64,000 bases of DNA from an uncultured Lachnospiraceae bacterium (GTDB taxonomy: Bacteria; Bacillota; Clostridia; Lachnospirales; Lachnospiraceae), in NCBI GenBank assembly GCA_947165025.1, contig CAMUYQ010000003.1, positions 54,747 to 118,746 of the forward strand. The letters are read 5' to 3'. Below the pieces are notes generated by a model that saw only the letters and a program-made list of their open reading frames with translations, had not been told where the DNA came from and ran no database searches. Positions 25,057 through 34,744 of this stretch are shown here, piece after piece. Both the position numbers and the translations under genes were made by a program. How positions within the stretch are numbered: the first letter of the stretch is position 1; each line of letters opens with the position of its first letter.

Positions 25057-25410
25057 ATGCAAAAACAGTTTACTTTCACCCGAACCGATAACCTGACCGA
25101 GTATCAGGAACTGATCTACAACCTGTTTGAGGCATGGGGTCATATGAGATTTCAGATGCTCACAGCTTTGTTTCAGTGTCTGTTCACTGAAGAAGAACTA
25201 AGGAATCCCACATATGTTACTGCAAAGCTGGCTTCGATGGTGCAGCAGGGTCCTGCGACGATGCAGGCAGACAGGGTAACAAATCAACCGATATCTACGG
25301 TCGAGACAAATCGGTCGGTGCAGGAACCGGAACAGGTGGACGCTCAGGATGAAGAGAAAACTGATTACCTGAGCATTTTTGATAGCGACATGGATAAAGC
25401 AGGTATATAA
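25057..25410 (+). CDS. Hypothetical protein
   Basis: 117-aa ORF with SD AAAGGAG; no motif recognised. Confidence 0.55.
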   Translation: MQKQFTFTRTDNLTEYQELIYNLFEAWGHMRFQMLTALFQCLFTEEELRNPTYVTAKLASMVQQGPATMQADRVTNQPISTVETNRSVQEPEQVDAQDEEKTDYLSIFDSDMDKAGI

Positions 25411-25428
25411 GAAAGGACGGCGATTAAT

Positions 25429-26490
25429 ATGATGAATGTAACAAGTAATATGTCAAAGGATGATCTGAGTAGGATAAGGATTGCGATCGATACCGGAAAG
25501 GCTTATACGAAGTTCTGCTACAGGGATAAGGAAGGTAACGATGTATGCGACAAGTTCGTATCAGCCATCGGGCTGGTATCGAAGAACCCCATGCAGGCCA
25601 CAGATAATAAGGTGTTCAGATGTGATCTGTTAAAGGATCCTTACTATATCGATATTCCGGAACTGTGTGATATAACCACGACAAGCGATAACGAGAAGAA
25701 CGGGACCGGGTTGTCGGTAAGTGATAACAACCATGACAGGGAGATCGTAACACTCGGGGCCTGCCTGTCGATCGTAAAGGTGATGAAAAAACACGGAGTA
25801 AACCGTGCATGCGTTTATGTTGCGATCGGTGCGCCTATCACGGAATATGAAAAGATCCGGAAGGAAAGAAATGCATACTTCAACAGTATCCTTCCGACAG
25901 ACAGGTGGGTGGAATGCAGATATGAAGGCAGGATATATCAGTTCATTGTCAAAAGAAGTGTTGTGTGTCCTGAAACTGTTGCGGCGTTTGTTTATAACAC
26001 CGGCAATGACAAGGGAAACATGCTCCTTGTCGATATCGGAGGGAATAACATCCAGTATGTCTGCTCCACAAACGGTGTGATCAATTTTGACCGTGCAAAG
26101 ACGTTTACGGCAAAAGGCGGAGTTAACACATTTGCCCGTCGGATCCGTATGTTGATGGAACAGAATCAGATCGAACCGGTCGGTACCGTTGTTGAGATCA
26201 CCGAGTGGCTTGCCAATCCCAAATCAATCCCCGGAAAGTACGGAAACAACTGGAAAGAGCGCTTCAAGGAACTTGTTGATGCGGAGAAGAAAACATATTT
26301 TTCGCAGATCACGGGGATATTGGATACAGTGACCGGAAACTTCAGGGAAGAAATGCTACGGGGCTATAAGGTCTGCTATACCGGCGGTGGTTCGGTTCTC
26401 TTTAAGAGTGAGATCAAGGTCAGCGGTGGGATCACGTTTGAAGGGAACGAATACGCAAACGTATTGGGATTTTACAAGATGCTCTCGTAA
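25429..26490 (+). CDS. parM: ParM/StbA-like actin-fold segregation ATPase
   Basis: Actin-fold phosphate and adenosine motifs: IAIDTGKAYTKF, VDIGGNNIQY, YTGGGS. Confidence 0.65.
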   Translation: MMNVTSNMSKDDLSRIRIAIDTGKAYTKFCYRDKEGNDVCDKFVSAIGLVSKNPMQATDNKVFRCDLLKDPYYIDIPELCDITTTSDNEKNGTGLSVSDNNHDREIVTLGACLSIVKVMKKHGVNRACVYVAIGAPITEYEKIRKERNAYFNSILPTDRWVECRYEGRIYQFIVKRSVVCPETVAAFVYNTGNDKGNMLLVDIGGNNIQYVCSTNGVINFDRAKTFTAKGGVNTFARRIRMLMEQNQIEPVGTVVEITEWLANPKSIPGKYGNNWKERFKELVDAEKKTYFSQITGILDTVTGNFREEMLRGYKVCYTGGGSVLFKSEIKVSGGITFEGNEYANVLGFYKMLS

Positions 26491-26547
26491 CTGATGAGCA
26501 GAAGAGTATGCAGTGGGCTGAGTATAAAGAAAGCGAGGTCGGATACT

Positions 26548-26733
26548 ATGAATAAACCGGATAGAAATATAGATGCTAAGTATATACCGATAGATGTAGC
26601 GATCAAGAAATATAACATGTGCCGGAACACTCTTATGAAGATATCGGATGAGGCAAAAGCAACGGTTCGTCTTGGCCGAATTGTTCGGATCAATGCTGAG
26701 AAGTTTGAAGAGTATCTGGATTCATCTTCATAA
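26548..26733 (+). CDS. xis: Excisionase-type helix-turn-helix DNA-binding protein
   Basis: Small protein with YIPIDVAIKKYNMCRNTLMKI...GRIVRINAEKFEEYL, the typical MerR-like excisionase HTH. ATG 26548 has SD GAGGT; located upstream of the integrase. Confidence 0.6.
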   Translation: MNKPDRNIDAKYIPIDVAIKKYNMCRNTLMKISDEAKATVRLGRIVRINAEKFEEYLDSSS

Positions 26734-26851
26734 AAGGGAATACTGTTATGATGAAGGGCAGGGATAGTGACTTGCATGTATTGACACTGATTGAGCGGAC
26801 TTTTATATTATACTTAACGGAACTCAAAAAGTCGAAAGGAGGAAATGATAA

Positions 26852-27025
26852 ATGGGTTCGAAAATGGGAAGACCGTATGCTGAACATCCGTTGAATCATG
26901 ATCTGAAAGTCCGTATTGATGATGATACCTATGTTTTGCTTGAAAGGTATTGTGAAAAGAATCAGACCAACAAGGCGGAGGTCATTCGTAGCCTTCTGAT
27001 GAAGTTTTTAAGTAAACAAAGGTAA
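26852..27025 (+). CDS. Ribbon-helix-helix (CopG-like) small protein (57 aa; below the ORF-track cutoff)
   Basis: SD AAAGGAGGA at 26836. Hand translation MGSKMGRPYAEHPLNHDLKVRIDDDTYVLLERYCEKNQTNKAEVIRSLLMKFLSKQR shows a beta-strand plus two helices, the RHH pattern. Confidence 0.55.
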   Translation: MGSKMGRPYAEHPLNHDLKVRIDDDTYVLLERYCEKNQTNKAEVIRSLLMKFLSKQR

Positions 27026-27151
27026 CAAAAAGGGAGCCCTCCCCGACCAAAGTTTGGACTCCCTTAAGTGCAACAGACACAGAGTGCCTGCATGGTTATA
27101 ATACTCTACCTTGCAGCACTCTGTAAATAGCCGAGATTGAGAGGTGAGAGT

Positions 27152-28270
27152 ATGGCAAAGAAGTATAAAGGAAAGTATGAGCGAACACGTATAACACTGA
27201 AAAGTGGCAAGACTAAAGACATCTACTATAAAAACAAAGATGAGATGGTAGAAAAACTGAAAGAGGCTCGTGAAAAGGATTCGGAAGAGTATCAGCTGCT
27301 TTATAATCCGACATTGAATCAGTATTATCAACATTTTACTGAGATAAGGAGAACAGAAGTAAAGGAGTCTACACTCAGATCGCAAAAATCCCAGTTCAAA
27401 CAGATAACGGATGTCGAAATGGCAAAGGGTATCAAGTTCGGTGATATGCATATCAAAGATATCACGAGACGGAATATTGAAGACGCACGGCAAAAGCTTT
27501 TGGACCAGGGGAAAAGTCCACAGGGGCTTAATATAGCATTTGCACACCTTAATCATGTTCTTAACACGGCTACGATTGATGAAACAATAAAACGGAACCC
27601 CTGCAAGGCGCTTAAACAGTTGAAGAGAGACGATACTCCGGTAGTGTCTGATACAACGCACAGGGCATTATCGGAAGAGGAAACCATAAGGTTCTTTGAA
27701 GCGGCAAAAGAATGCAACAGTTATTACTACAATGTTTTTCGGTTCATGATAAAGACCGGCATGCGTATCGGTGAGGTGGGCGCTTTGTATCCGACAGATA
27801 TAGACCGGCATAAGGGTTTTATTCATGTGAGAAGGACTGTCAGACGCAACGAAGCAGGAAGATTTTATATCGGTGATGATGTAAAGACATCAAGCGGAAA
27901 AAGAGATATACCACTGACCGATGATATTCTTCAGGTGATTAGAGATCAGGAAAAGAATAATCATACAATGTTCGGCCTTTCCAAGGACGGATTGATCTTC
28001 AGATCTGTAGAAGGGAATATCATGAGAGACTACAGCGTTGATCGTGAAATCGCGAGGATATGCAGGAAAGCCGACATTGAGTATTTCTCGAGCCACGCAT
28101 TTCGTAATACGTACGCGACACGCTTTATGGAGCAGCGTCCCCAGGACTTCAAAATCCTTTCGGAGATTCTTGGGCATAAGGATGTATCGATCACGCTGAA
28201 CCTGTATACGCACGTGATGACCGAGAAGAAGGTTAATGCTATGAAGGATGTTGTTATAAGGATTGGATGA
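27152..28270 (+). CDS. int: Tyrosine recombinase / phage-type integrase
   Basis: C-terminal catalytic motifs TGMRIGE (Arg), HAFRNTYATR (His-x-x-Arg), LGHKDVSITLNLYTH (His...Tyr); ATG 27152 behind SD GAGGTGAG. Confidence 0.9.
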   Translation: MAKKYKGKYERTRITLKSGKTKDIYYKNKDEMVEKLKEAREKDSEEYQLLYNPTLNQYYQHFTEIRRTEVKESTLRSQKSQFKQITDVEMAKGIKFGDMHIKDITRRNIEDARQKLLDQGKSPQGLNIAFAHLNHVLNTATIDETIKRNPCKALKQLKRDDTPVVSDTTHRALSEEETIRFFEAAKECNSYYYNVFRFMIKTGMRIGEVGALYPTDIDRHKGFIHVRRTVRRNEAGRFYIGDDVKTSSGKRDIPLTDDILQVIRDQEKNNHTMFGLSKDGLIFRSVEGNIMRDYSVDREIARICRKADIEYFSSHAFRNTYATRFMEQRPQDFKILSEILGHKDVSITLNLYTHVMTEKKVNAMKDVVIRIG

Positions 28271-28342
28271 AGGCAACAGAACAGATCGAGAATTAATTGA
28301 AAAACCTTAATCAATAAGGTATAACGGTATAAGTTAAGCGGG

Positions 28343-29187
28343 GTGAGAGCTATTCCTAATTACATAAAAAATAAACGACAGAAAATCGACAAGTGTAATA
28401 TATGTGGGAACAAAACTGAGTTGACTTGGGATCATATTCCCCCTCGTTCGGTGTGCTTTGAGAGTGATTATATAGCCAATACTGTCATGGAGGGGATTCC
28501 GGAAGATAATAATCATATGATTCGTTACCGAAGTGGAATAAAGTATAGATCAATCTGTCAACGCTGTAATGGGGAGTTACTTGGAACATATGATACTGCG
28601 TATAAGGAATTCGTTCACTCAATTGCCCAGAAACTACACATTCAACGAGATAATCCGGCTGATAGTATAGTTGTTTCGGCTCAAATCAACAGGGTGTGTC
28701 GGGCAATGATAGGTCACGTTTTGGCAGCAAGAAGCAAATTCGAACCTGAACCTATTCCCGAGAACGAGATGAGAGCATATTTTCTAAATGACAAAAAGAA
28801 AATGGAGGGTATACGACTATACACATGGATATACCCATATTCAACCATTCTTATACTTCGAGATTATGTTGCAACGGGATATTCTAATGGGACACACCCA
28901 TATGTGGGGTTATAAGCCATGTTTCATCATATCCACTAGCTTATTTAGTGGCTGCTGAAGAACAGGATTGTTGGTTGGACGATTTAGGGGGTTATACTAC
29001 AGAGAACATAGATGATTTGGTTGAGGTGACTTTACATTCTAAAACTTTGTGTTTGAAAGATACTGGTATTTTTAAAGGCTTTAGTTGGCCGTGTAATATT
29101 GGCGATGAGAATTATGGAGATGCTATGATGATTTTAAGTAACAGCACATCATTGGAAGATTCAAGGTTGGCGATAGGAAAAAGATAA
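28343..29187 (+). pseudogene. HNH/zinc-ribbon-like nuclease gene interrupted by a frameshift near 28890-28900
   Basis: CNICGNK...TWDHIPPRS...CQRCNGE motifs. The reading frame continues in a second frame that is open from 28888 (WDTPICGVISHV...AAEEQDCWLDD) into the track ORF 28948-29187. Confidence 0.5.
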
Positions 29188-29362
29188 TACAGAAATAACG
29201 TGAAAGTGATAGCTCTTGACCGTCATAGAGCAAATGATATACTTGAAGAAAATTGAGTTAGTACTGGAAACGATATGTTCATAAAGGTGTTGAATGAGTA
29301 ATTGCTCAATAATTCAGAATGAATTATGTGTGAAAACATAATAGAGATTGTGATATTAATGA

Positions 29363-30784
29363 GTGATACTCGGAGGAATACAGTTGGAAGTTTTTAACAT
29401 CGGCAAGGAAAACGAACAGGTTGAATATAAAAAGAGTACTGCCGAACTCAAAGAAGGCGTGATCTCTATGGCGGCTATACTCAACAAGCACGGCTCTGGA
29501 GAGCTGTATTTTGGCGTAAAGAACAATGGTGATGTTGTTGGTCAACAGATTACGGATAAGACTCTACGGGATATAAGCCAGGAGATAAGCAATCATATCA
29601 GACCTGTAATATACCCTGAAGTGGTTAAAAAGGACTACGGAGATAAAGAAGTAGCCTACGTTAAGTTTGATGGGAAAAGAAAGCCTTACCTGGCATATCA
29701 CATTCCGCGTATTCGTGTTGCAGATGAAGATAAGGTTATGGACCAGGATACCTATAACGACATGCTAAAGGAGAGGGATTCGTCAAAAGCATGGGAGCTG
29801 CAGGAATCAAAATATACGGTTGAAGATATTATTGGATCTGATTTTCGTACTTATCTTAACAGAGCCAAGGAGGCAAATCGGATCACCTTTGACTCAGATG
29901 AGCCTGCGATAGTTCTTGAAAAACTGGAACTTTTGGCTGAAGATGGAATCCATCTTTTGAATGCTGGGGCTGTACTGTTCTGCAATTCTTCTATGAATGA
30001 TGTTCAGATGGCTAAATTTGCCACAGATGTAAAGGCAACCTTTACCGATATTCGCAGGGAGGATCGTGGGTCTATCATAGGATTGAGCAAAACCTGTGAG
30101 CAGTATATTATTGACGCAATGGATTGGAAGGCGGATATCATAGGACTTAAGCGGGTAGAGACACCGGAAATTCCCGTGGAAGCCGTCCGTGAGGCGATCA
30201 TCAATTCCTACGGACATAGGCTCTATGACAATAATCAATGCAATGAGATAGATGTTTTTAAGAACAGAATTGAAATCCATACGACAGGAGGCTTCCCTAA
30301 AGGGCACACTCCTGAAGAATTCCTAGATGGTAATAAAAAGGCTATTCGGAGAAACAAACTTATCACCGGAGTTTTGTATTATTCTGATGATATGGAGACA
30401 TTTGCAACCGGACTTAAGCGCATAAAGGATCTATGTGATGAAGCCGGGTGTAAAGTTGAGTTCCGTATGGAACAGGATGACTTCGTTGTGGTGTTTTACC
30501 GAAATCTCAGGGAAGAGTGGAATCAGGCAAAGAGCGCTGAGAGTAGCTCCCTTGATAGCACTACCAAGAGACTACCAAGAGACTACCAAGAGACTACCAA
30601 GACAAGCGCAGAGGCTATCAAAGATATTATGCGAAATAATCCGACCATCTCTGCGGCCGAAATAGCAAAATTGGTGGGGTTATCTGTTAGTGGAGTTCAG
30701 TATCATATTAAAAAGTTGAAGGCATCTGGGGAGATTGAAAGAGAAGGCGGAGATTTTGGTGGCAGATGGATAGTAAATACATAA
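29363..30784 (+). CDS. AlbA_2 (Schlafen-like) domain / ATPase-like / C-terminal winged-HTH protein (RecG-like putative regulator family)
   Basis: N-terminal ENEQVEYKKS...LNKHGSGELYFGV (AlbA_2 signature); C-terminal wHTH AAEIAKLVGLSVSGVQYHIKKLKASGEIERE. The true start may be TTG 29384, behind GGAGGA. Confidence 0.7.
   Translation: MILGGIQLEVFNIGKENEQVEYKKSTAELKEGVISMAAILNKHGSGELYFGVKNNGDVVGQQITDKTLRDISQEISNHIRPVIYPEVVKKDYGDKEVAYVKFDGKRKPYLAYHIPRIRVADEDKVMDQDTYNDMLKERDSSKAWELQESKYTVEDIIGSDFRTYLNRAKEANRITFDSDEPAIVLEKLELLAEDGIHLLNAGAVLFCNSSMNDVQMAKFATDVKATFTDIRREDRGSIIGLSKTCEQYIIDAMDWKADIIGLKRVETPEIPVEAVREAIINSYGHRLYDNNQCNEIDVFKNRIEIHTTGGFPKGHTPEEFLDGNKKAIRRNKLITGVLYYSDDMETFATGLKRIKDLCDEAGCKVEFRMEQDDFVVVFYRNLREEWNQAKSAESSSLDSTTKRLPRDYQETTKTSAEAIKDIMRNNPTISAAEIAKLVGLSVSGVQYHIKKLKASGEIEREGGDFGGRWIVNT
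30561..30604 (+). repeat. Four tandem copies of an 11-nt unit (CTACCAAGAGA) inside the coding sequence
   Basis: Copies at 30561, 30572, 30583 and 30594 (the last has one mismatch). The unit length is not a multiple of 3. Confidence 0.9.
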
Positions 30785-31067
30785 TCTGTATTATACATAA
30801 GAGATTTATCTTTCATAGCCATATATTGTTCTGTGGAGATAAAAAATACGGGATACTAGATATGCTGAATTAGAAACATGTTGTAATTCATGTCTAATAG
30901 AATCAATTCTCAATATGTTTTGTTCCGACGGAATGCGAATATGTGTTTTATATGTTCGAAAACAGAAAGATGAGAGAAGCATAAATGTGAATGAAAAGCT
31001 ATAAAATCCTGAGGTTGTGCTTTGAAAACTCAAAGAAACTGAAGGTGGATTGAATAAAGGGGTGGCG

Positions 31068-32702
31068 ATGGGCTCGCTTGGATTATTTGAGATTCGAAAT
31101 TTTTGGGATAAAATGGAGATTCCATACAAAAATAAGAAGGAGATATTTGAGAAATTCTATGGGAAATCAAATCTAAAAATAAATAACGCTGATGAGGCAA
31201 TTTCGTATTTGCGAGTTGTTTTGGACAAGCTTCAAGCAGTGATGGTAAGTATTATTACGACTGGAAATAGCAAAAGGGTTATATTTGAGTTGCTTAAAAT
31301 ACAAGATAAGTGCTTTAATCACTATTGCTTTGAAAAAGAAGAGAGAAGAGAAATAATAGATAGAAAAGTGGATAGTTCACATCTTCAAGAAATATATGGG
31401 GTTAATAGAAATATCGCACTGGATTTATTATATGGAATAAATATATGGTTGGAAAATGCTGTTTTACTGCAACAAAAGCTAGAAGAGAAATACGATGTTC
31501 ATATAATGAACATTGATGTTGAGCTTTGTCTTTTGGTATATGTATATGGAACGGTATCACGGTCCTTATCTTTTCTTACACTAAGCAAAAATCTAAACAG
31601 TACTAAACTGTATTATGGATTAGAAATCACTCCTCAAAGCAATATGCCAATAAATGTATTACGGTATCATCCGGTGATTTATTATAATCCGCTAATGGCT
31701 GGGAACCAAAATGTATTTAACATGAAAACAGAGGATTTTAGGAGTTTAGATAATACAGAATTTGGAAGAGGTTTTGCAAACGAGTATAATATAAGCCTTT
31801 TAGATTCATTGAGAGTGTTAAAAACATTTCAAAAAAATGAATTAGAAGATGGAAGAATTGCATGCATGGCTTATGAGAAAAAATTCTTCATAGCTAGAGT
31901 AAATGAGGTGGTAGCTAAATCGGGAATGGGAGAGAGGTTTTTGGCGGCATTTTCTATTGATAAAGAGAAGATGGTTGCTAATTGCTCAAATAATGATCCT
32001 ATTATATGGAAGGGCGGTGTACATAAATATCGTTTTGAATTAAGGCCTATTGTTTTGATGGAAGATGATACAGTATGCATTTCGTACCAAGCGTTTGAAC
32101 AGACAATTCAAATATGGATGTCATATTATTCTAATGGCGGAGTTGCATATAGTGATATTGAAGATTTGTTTACTGAAGGCGAAGAAAGACGCAATAGAGA
32201 ATTGTCCCATGAGTTGTTGAAAAGTATTGTTCAAATTTTGAAAGAAAAGTATCCAGATTATTATTGTGATACAAATGTGAAATATGAAAGGATTTTCGGC
32301 TCAAAAGACATTGATTATGGAGATTATGACATTGTTTTTTTTGCAAAAGACAAACGGGAATTGTTTTTAATTGAATCCAAGTATTTCTCGGATTCACTTA
32401 ATATTAGTGGTCATATAAATGATTTTGTGAAATTAATTAAAAAAAATGGATATTATGAGCATTGTAGAAAAAGATATGACTTGGTGTTGGAAAATACTTA
32501 TGATATTAAGAGATTTATAGGAGTTAGCGGGAATATAAACATGCATTGCCTTTTTATACCATCTAAGCCTTTAGAGATTGAATTCCAAGATGATGATAAG
32601 GTAGTTACTTTTGTTCCTTTTGGTATTTTGGAACAGTATTTAGATGGAAAGATTGTTTCAGAGGATGGATCTGAAATTATTAGACCAACGATTCTTATCT
32701 GA
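31068..32702 (+). CDS. Large hypothetical protein with a C-terminal PD-(D/E)xK-type nuclease motif
   Basis: GDYDIVFFAKDKRELFLIESKYF (D...ExK spacing typical of restriction-endonuclease-like/NERD folds). The ~420-aa N-terminal region has no recognisable motif. Start uncertain (TTG 31050, ATG 31068 or ATG 31113). Visibly AT-rich. Confidence 0.6.
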   Translation: MGSLGLFEIRNFWDKMEIPYKNKKEIFEKFYGKSNLKINNADEAISYLRVVLDKLQAVMVSIITTGNSKRVIFELLKIQDKCFNHYCFEKEERREIIDRKVDSSHLQEIYGVNRNIALDLLYGINIWLENAVLLQQKLEEKYDVHIMNIDVELCLLVYVYGTVSRSLSFLTLSKNLNSTKLYYGLEITPQSNMPINVLRYHPVIYYNPLMAGNQNVFNMKTEDFRSLDNTEFGRGFANEYNISLLDSLRVLKTFQKNELEDGRIACMAYEKKFFIARVNEVVAKSGMGERFLAAFSIDKEKMVANCSNNDPIIWKGGVHKYRFELRPIVLMEDDTVCISYQAFEQTIQIWMSYYSNGGVAYSDIEDLFTEGEERRNRELSHELLKSIVQILKEKYPDYYCDTNVKYERIFGSKDIDYGDYDIVFFAKDKRELFLIESKYFSDSLNISGHINDFVKLIKKNGYYEHCRKRYDLVLENTYDIKRFIGVSGNINMHCLFIPSKPLEIEFQDDDKVVTFVPFGILEQYLDGKIVSEDGSEIIRPTILI

Positions 32703-32963
32703 AAAAGCTGTTTATTGATCTATTATAAACTATATTACTATTGGGTTTTGTTTTATACTCAACGCGTGTCTACCTTGGGAATGAATGAGACACTATGAAT
32801 GTAGCTTCCTTTTACGTGTATTTTCCGGGCGTGTTATAAATCAATATGCTGATCAATTGTATTCTGGGATGTAGTTAGTAGGTCCTTAGTTTTGATAAAC
32901 GATAGATAACGGGACATAGAAATATGAAAACGGATACCCTGGAGAATTAATCTGGGAGGAAAA

Positions 32964-33746
32964 ATGAATTTTTTATTCTGGAATACACATAAGAATACGG
33001 GGATTAATAAATATGTGGCTGACATAGTTAACGAGAAAAAAGTCGATACTATTATCCTATGTGAATATAAAGCGATCCCGGAGGAGTTGATTTCGTTACT
33101 TCCAAAGAAATACTTGATGGCCGAAGACGTTGGGTGTGGAGACATCCGGGTATTTAGTAATCATAATGATATTGTGCAGGGGGTACAGGAAAGCCATTAT
33201 TCTATTCATATAATTGATCATAGTTTTATACTTTGTGCTATGCATTTGCCAAGCAGACGTCATCACTTTGGATCAAATAATCGTAAGATTATCGCACAAA
33301 GGGCAGTTTCAGAATTGGAGATAATTGAGAAGGAGTTGGGTTGTGTGAACAGTATAGTTGTAGGTGATTTGAATGATAATCCATATGATGAAACTTGTTT
33401 GGCAGCCGAATCGTTACATGGACTATCTTCGATTCGTGAGGCTGAACGAAAATCACGAATAATAGATGGTGTTAAGTTTAATATGTTCTATAATCCGATG
33501 TGGAGTTTGCTTGGAGATAATAAATTTCCGCCTGGAACATATTATTATTCTAGTAATGATGCCATGTGCTCGTTTTGGTATATGTTTGACCAGGTCTTAA
33601 TCAGGCCGCAATTAAAAGAACTATTGTCGTTCGATGATATTGAGATAATGTGTGGTACAGAGAGTTATAGTTTGTTAGATAATAAGGGACATCCCGATAT
33701 AACAATAAGTGATCATTTGCCACTTTTTTTTAGGATAGGAATATAA
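32964..33746 (+). CDS. Endonuclease/exonuclease/phosphatase (EEP) family protein
   Basis: N-terminal FWNT...ILCEY (Asn/Glu), internal VGDLN, C-terminal SDHLPLF, the hallmark EEP catalytic motifs. Confidence 0.75.
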   Translation: MNFLFWNTHKNTGINKYVADIVNEKKVDTIILCEYKAIPEELISLLPKKYLMAEDVGCGDIRVFSNHNDIVQGVQESHYSIHIIDHSFILCAMHLPSRRHHFGSNNRKIIAQRAVSELEIIEKELGCVNSIVVGDLNDNPYDETCLAAESLHGLSSIREAERKSRIIDGVKFNMFYNPMWSLLGDNKFPPGTYYYSSNDAMCSFWYMFDQVLIRPQLKELLSFDDIEIMCGTESYSLLDNKGHPDITISDHLPLFFRIGI

Positions 33747-33760
33747 GGAGGAATAGATGA

Positions 33761-34318
33761 ATGAGAATTCCTACTAAGTTTGATTTTTCAACAAAATCAG
33801 GTGAGTTCCCTATTGATATTATAAAGGAGGAAATCGAGGGGATAAACAAACAGTTAAAAGGAATTGTAAAGATTTCTGTAGAGGAATATGATGGGCCAGT
33901 GGAGTCATATGACAAGATGAATGCGCTAGCTGCTCTTGCGTCAAATCTATATGGGAATACACATGTAGATATTCAAGATGAACTAGGTGAATTAGTAGAA
34001 GAAGATTTCAAGTATGAAATTATTATCACATCAGATTATTTGGAGTTTTACAAATATCGTTTGATGTTTCTCAGAAATGGATTATCAGGGTATCCGGCCG
34101 AAATAATTCTGGATAAAGATGTATCTGATGAGATTAATAAAAACGTTGATGAAGACTACCATTATTTTATAGATTCTGAAAGTGGTTTTAGAGCCGCAAT
34201 AAAGAGTATATTCTTGACAAGAAGAGTATCAGAAGTTATTCAGAATATTATTTATGCTGTCCAGAGAACAGAAGAATACAAGAAGGTTAATACAAAAACG
34301 AAAAATAATGAGACATAA
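33761..34318 (+). CDS. Hypothetical acidic protein, closely following the EEP gene
   Basis: SD AAGGAGGA overlaps the EEP stop codon; 185 aa; no motif recognised. Confidence 0.6.
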   Translation: MRIPTKFDFSTKSGEFPIDIIKEEIEGINKQLKGIVKISVEEYDGPVESYDKMNALAALASNLYGNTHVDIQDELGELVEEDFKYEIIITSDYLEFYKYRLMFLRNGLSGYPAEIILDKDVSDEINKNVDEDYHYFIDSESGFRAAIKSIFLTRRVSEVIQNIIYAVQRTEEYKKVNTKTKNNET

Positions 34319-34454
34319 ATGTGGGAGGATATATTAAGAGACATAAAGAAAATCGATATAAAAGAGGTCCAACAGTTTAATATAATGTTCATTTACTAAA
34401 TAAAAGAAAAAGGCGAAAACAATCTGCAAGGTAATGGAAGATACTAGAAATGAA

Positions 34455-34492
34455 ATGGGGAAATGTGCAAGGGGGAAACCATGGGGGAAAAT
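34455..34492 (+). repeat. GGGG(G)AAA array, right end of segment 1
   Basis: GGGGAAA (34457), GGGGGAAA (34471) and GGGGGAAAA (34483), in the same orientation as the array at 6939-6982, 37-72 bp before att copy 2. Confidence 0.5.
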
Positions 34493-34528
34493 GTTCATAA
34501 ACGTTGAAAAACCGTACCCAGAGGTTTC

Positions 34529-34733
34529 AGTCCCTTTTTCTGCACTATCATTTGTACGTATTTATGGGCAGCCGTCAATGTGGCGGAAATGCTGATGAAT
34601 ACGTACTTTTTTTATCCCACACATCGTTCGTCATATTGCACAACACAAGATATTGATAGATGAATATTATAGTTTTTCTCCCTTTTTACATTTGTGTTGC
34701 TCATGATAGAATAATTCAAATCGGCATTTGCGG
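34529..34733 (+). repeat. att copy 2 plus a ~190-bp duplicate of the native tRNA-downstream region
   Basis: Aligns by eye with 46617-46816. The 17-mer core is identical. The terminator hairpin is partly degenerate here, and the following ~125 nt differ at about 4 positions. Confidence 0.85.
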
Positions 34734-34744
34734 AGGTCTTAAAA

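Larger units (their letters stand above)
6804..34545. mobile_element. Island segment 1: putative integrative mobilisable element with regulatory, unknown-function and defence-like cargo
   Basis: Bounded by att copies 1 and 2. G5A4 repeat arrays lie inside both ends. Contains relaxase, ParM-like, Xis, RHH and tyrosine integrase genes (22.2-28.3 kb). Confidence 0.55.

Noticed and set aside
27023-27040. AAAAAGGGA near the integrase as an inverted copy of the att core
   Set aside because: Only 9 nt match the reverse complement of the 17-mer. That is too short to distinguish from chance.
27008-27661. 217-aa minus-strand ORF overlapping the integrase start
   Set aside because: It is antisense to a well-supported integrase gene, has no recognisable motifs, and shows the skewed Leu/Phe/Cys-rich composition typical of antisense translation.
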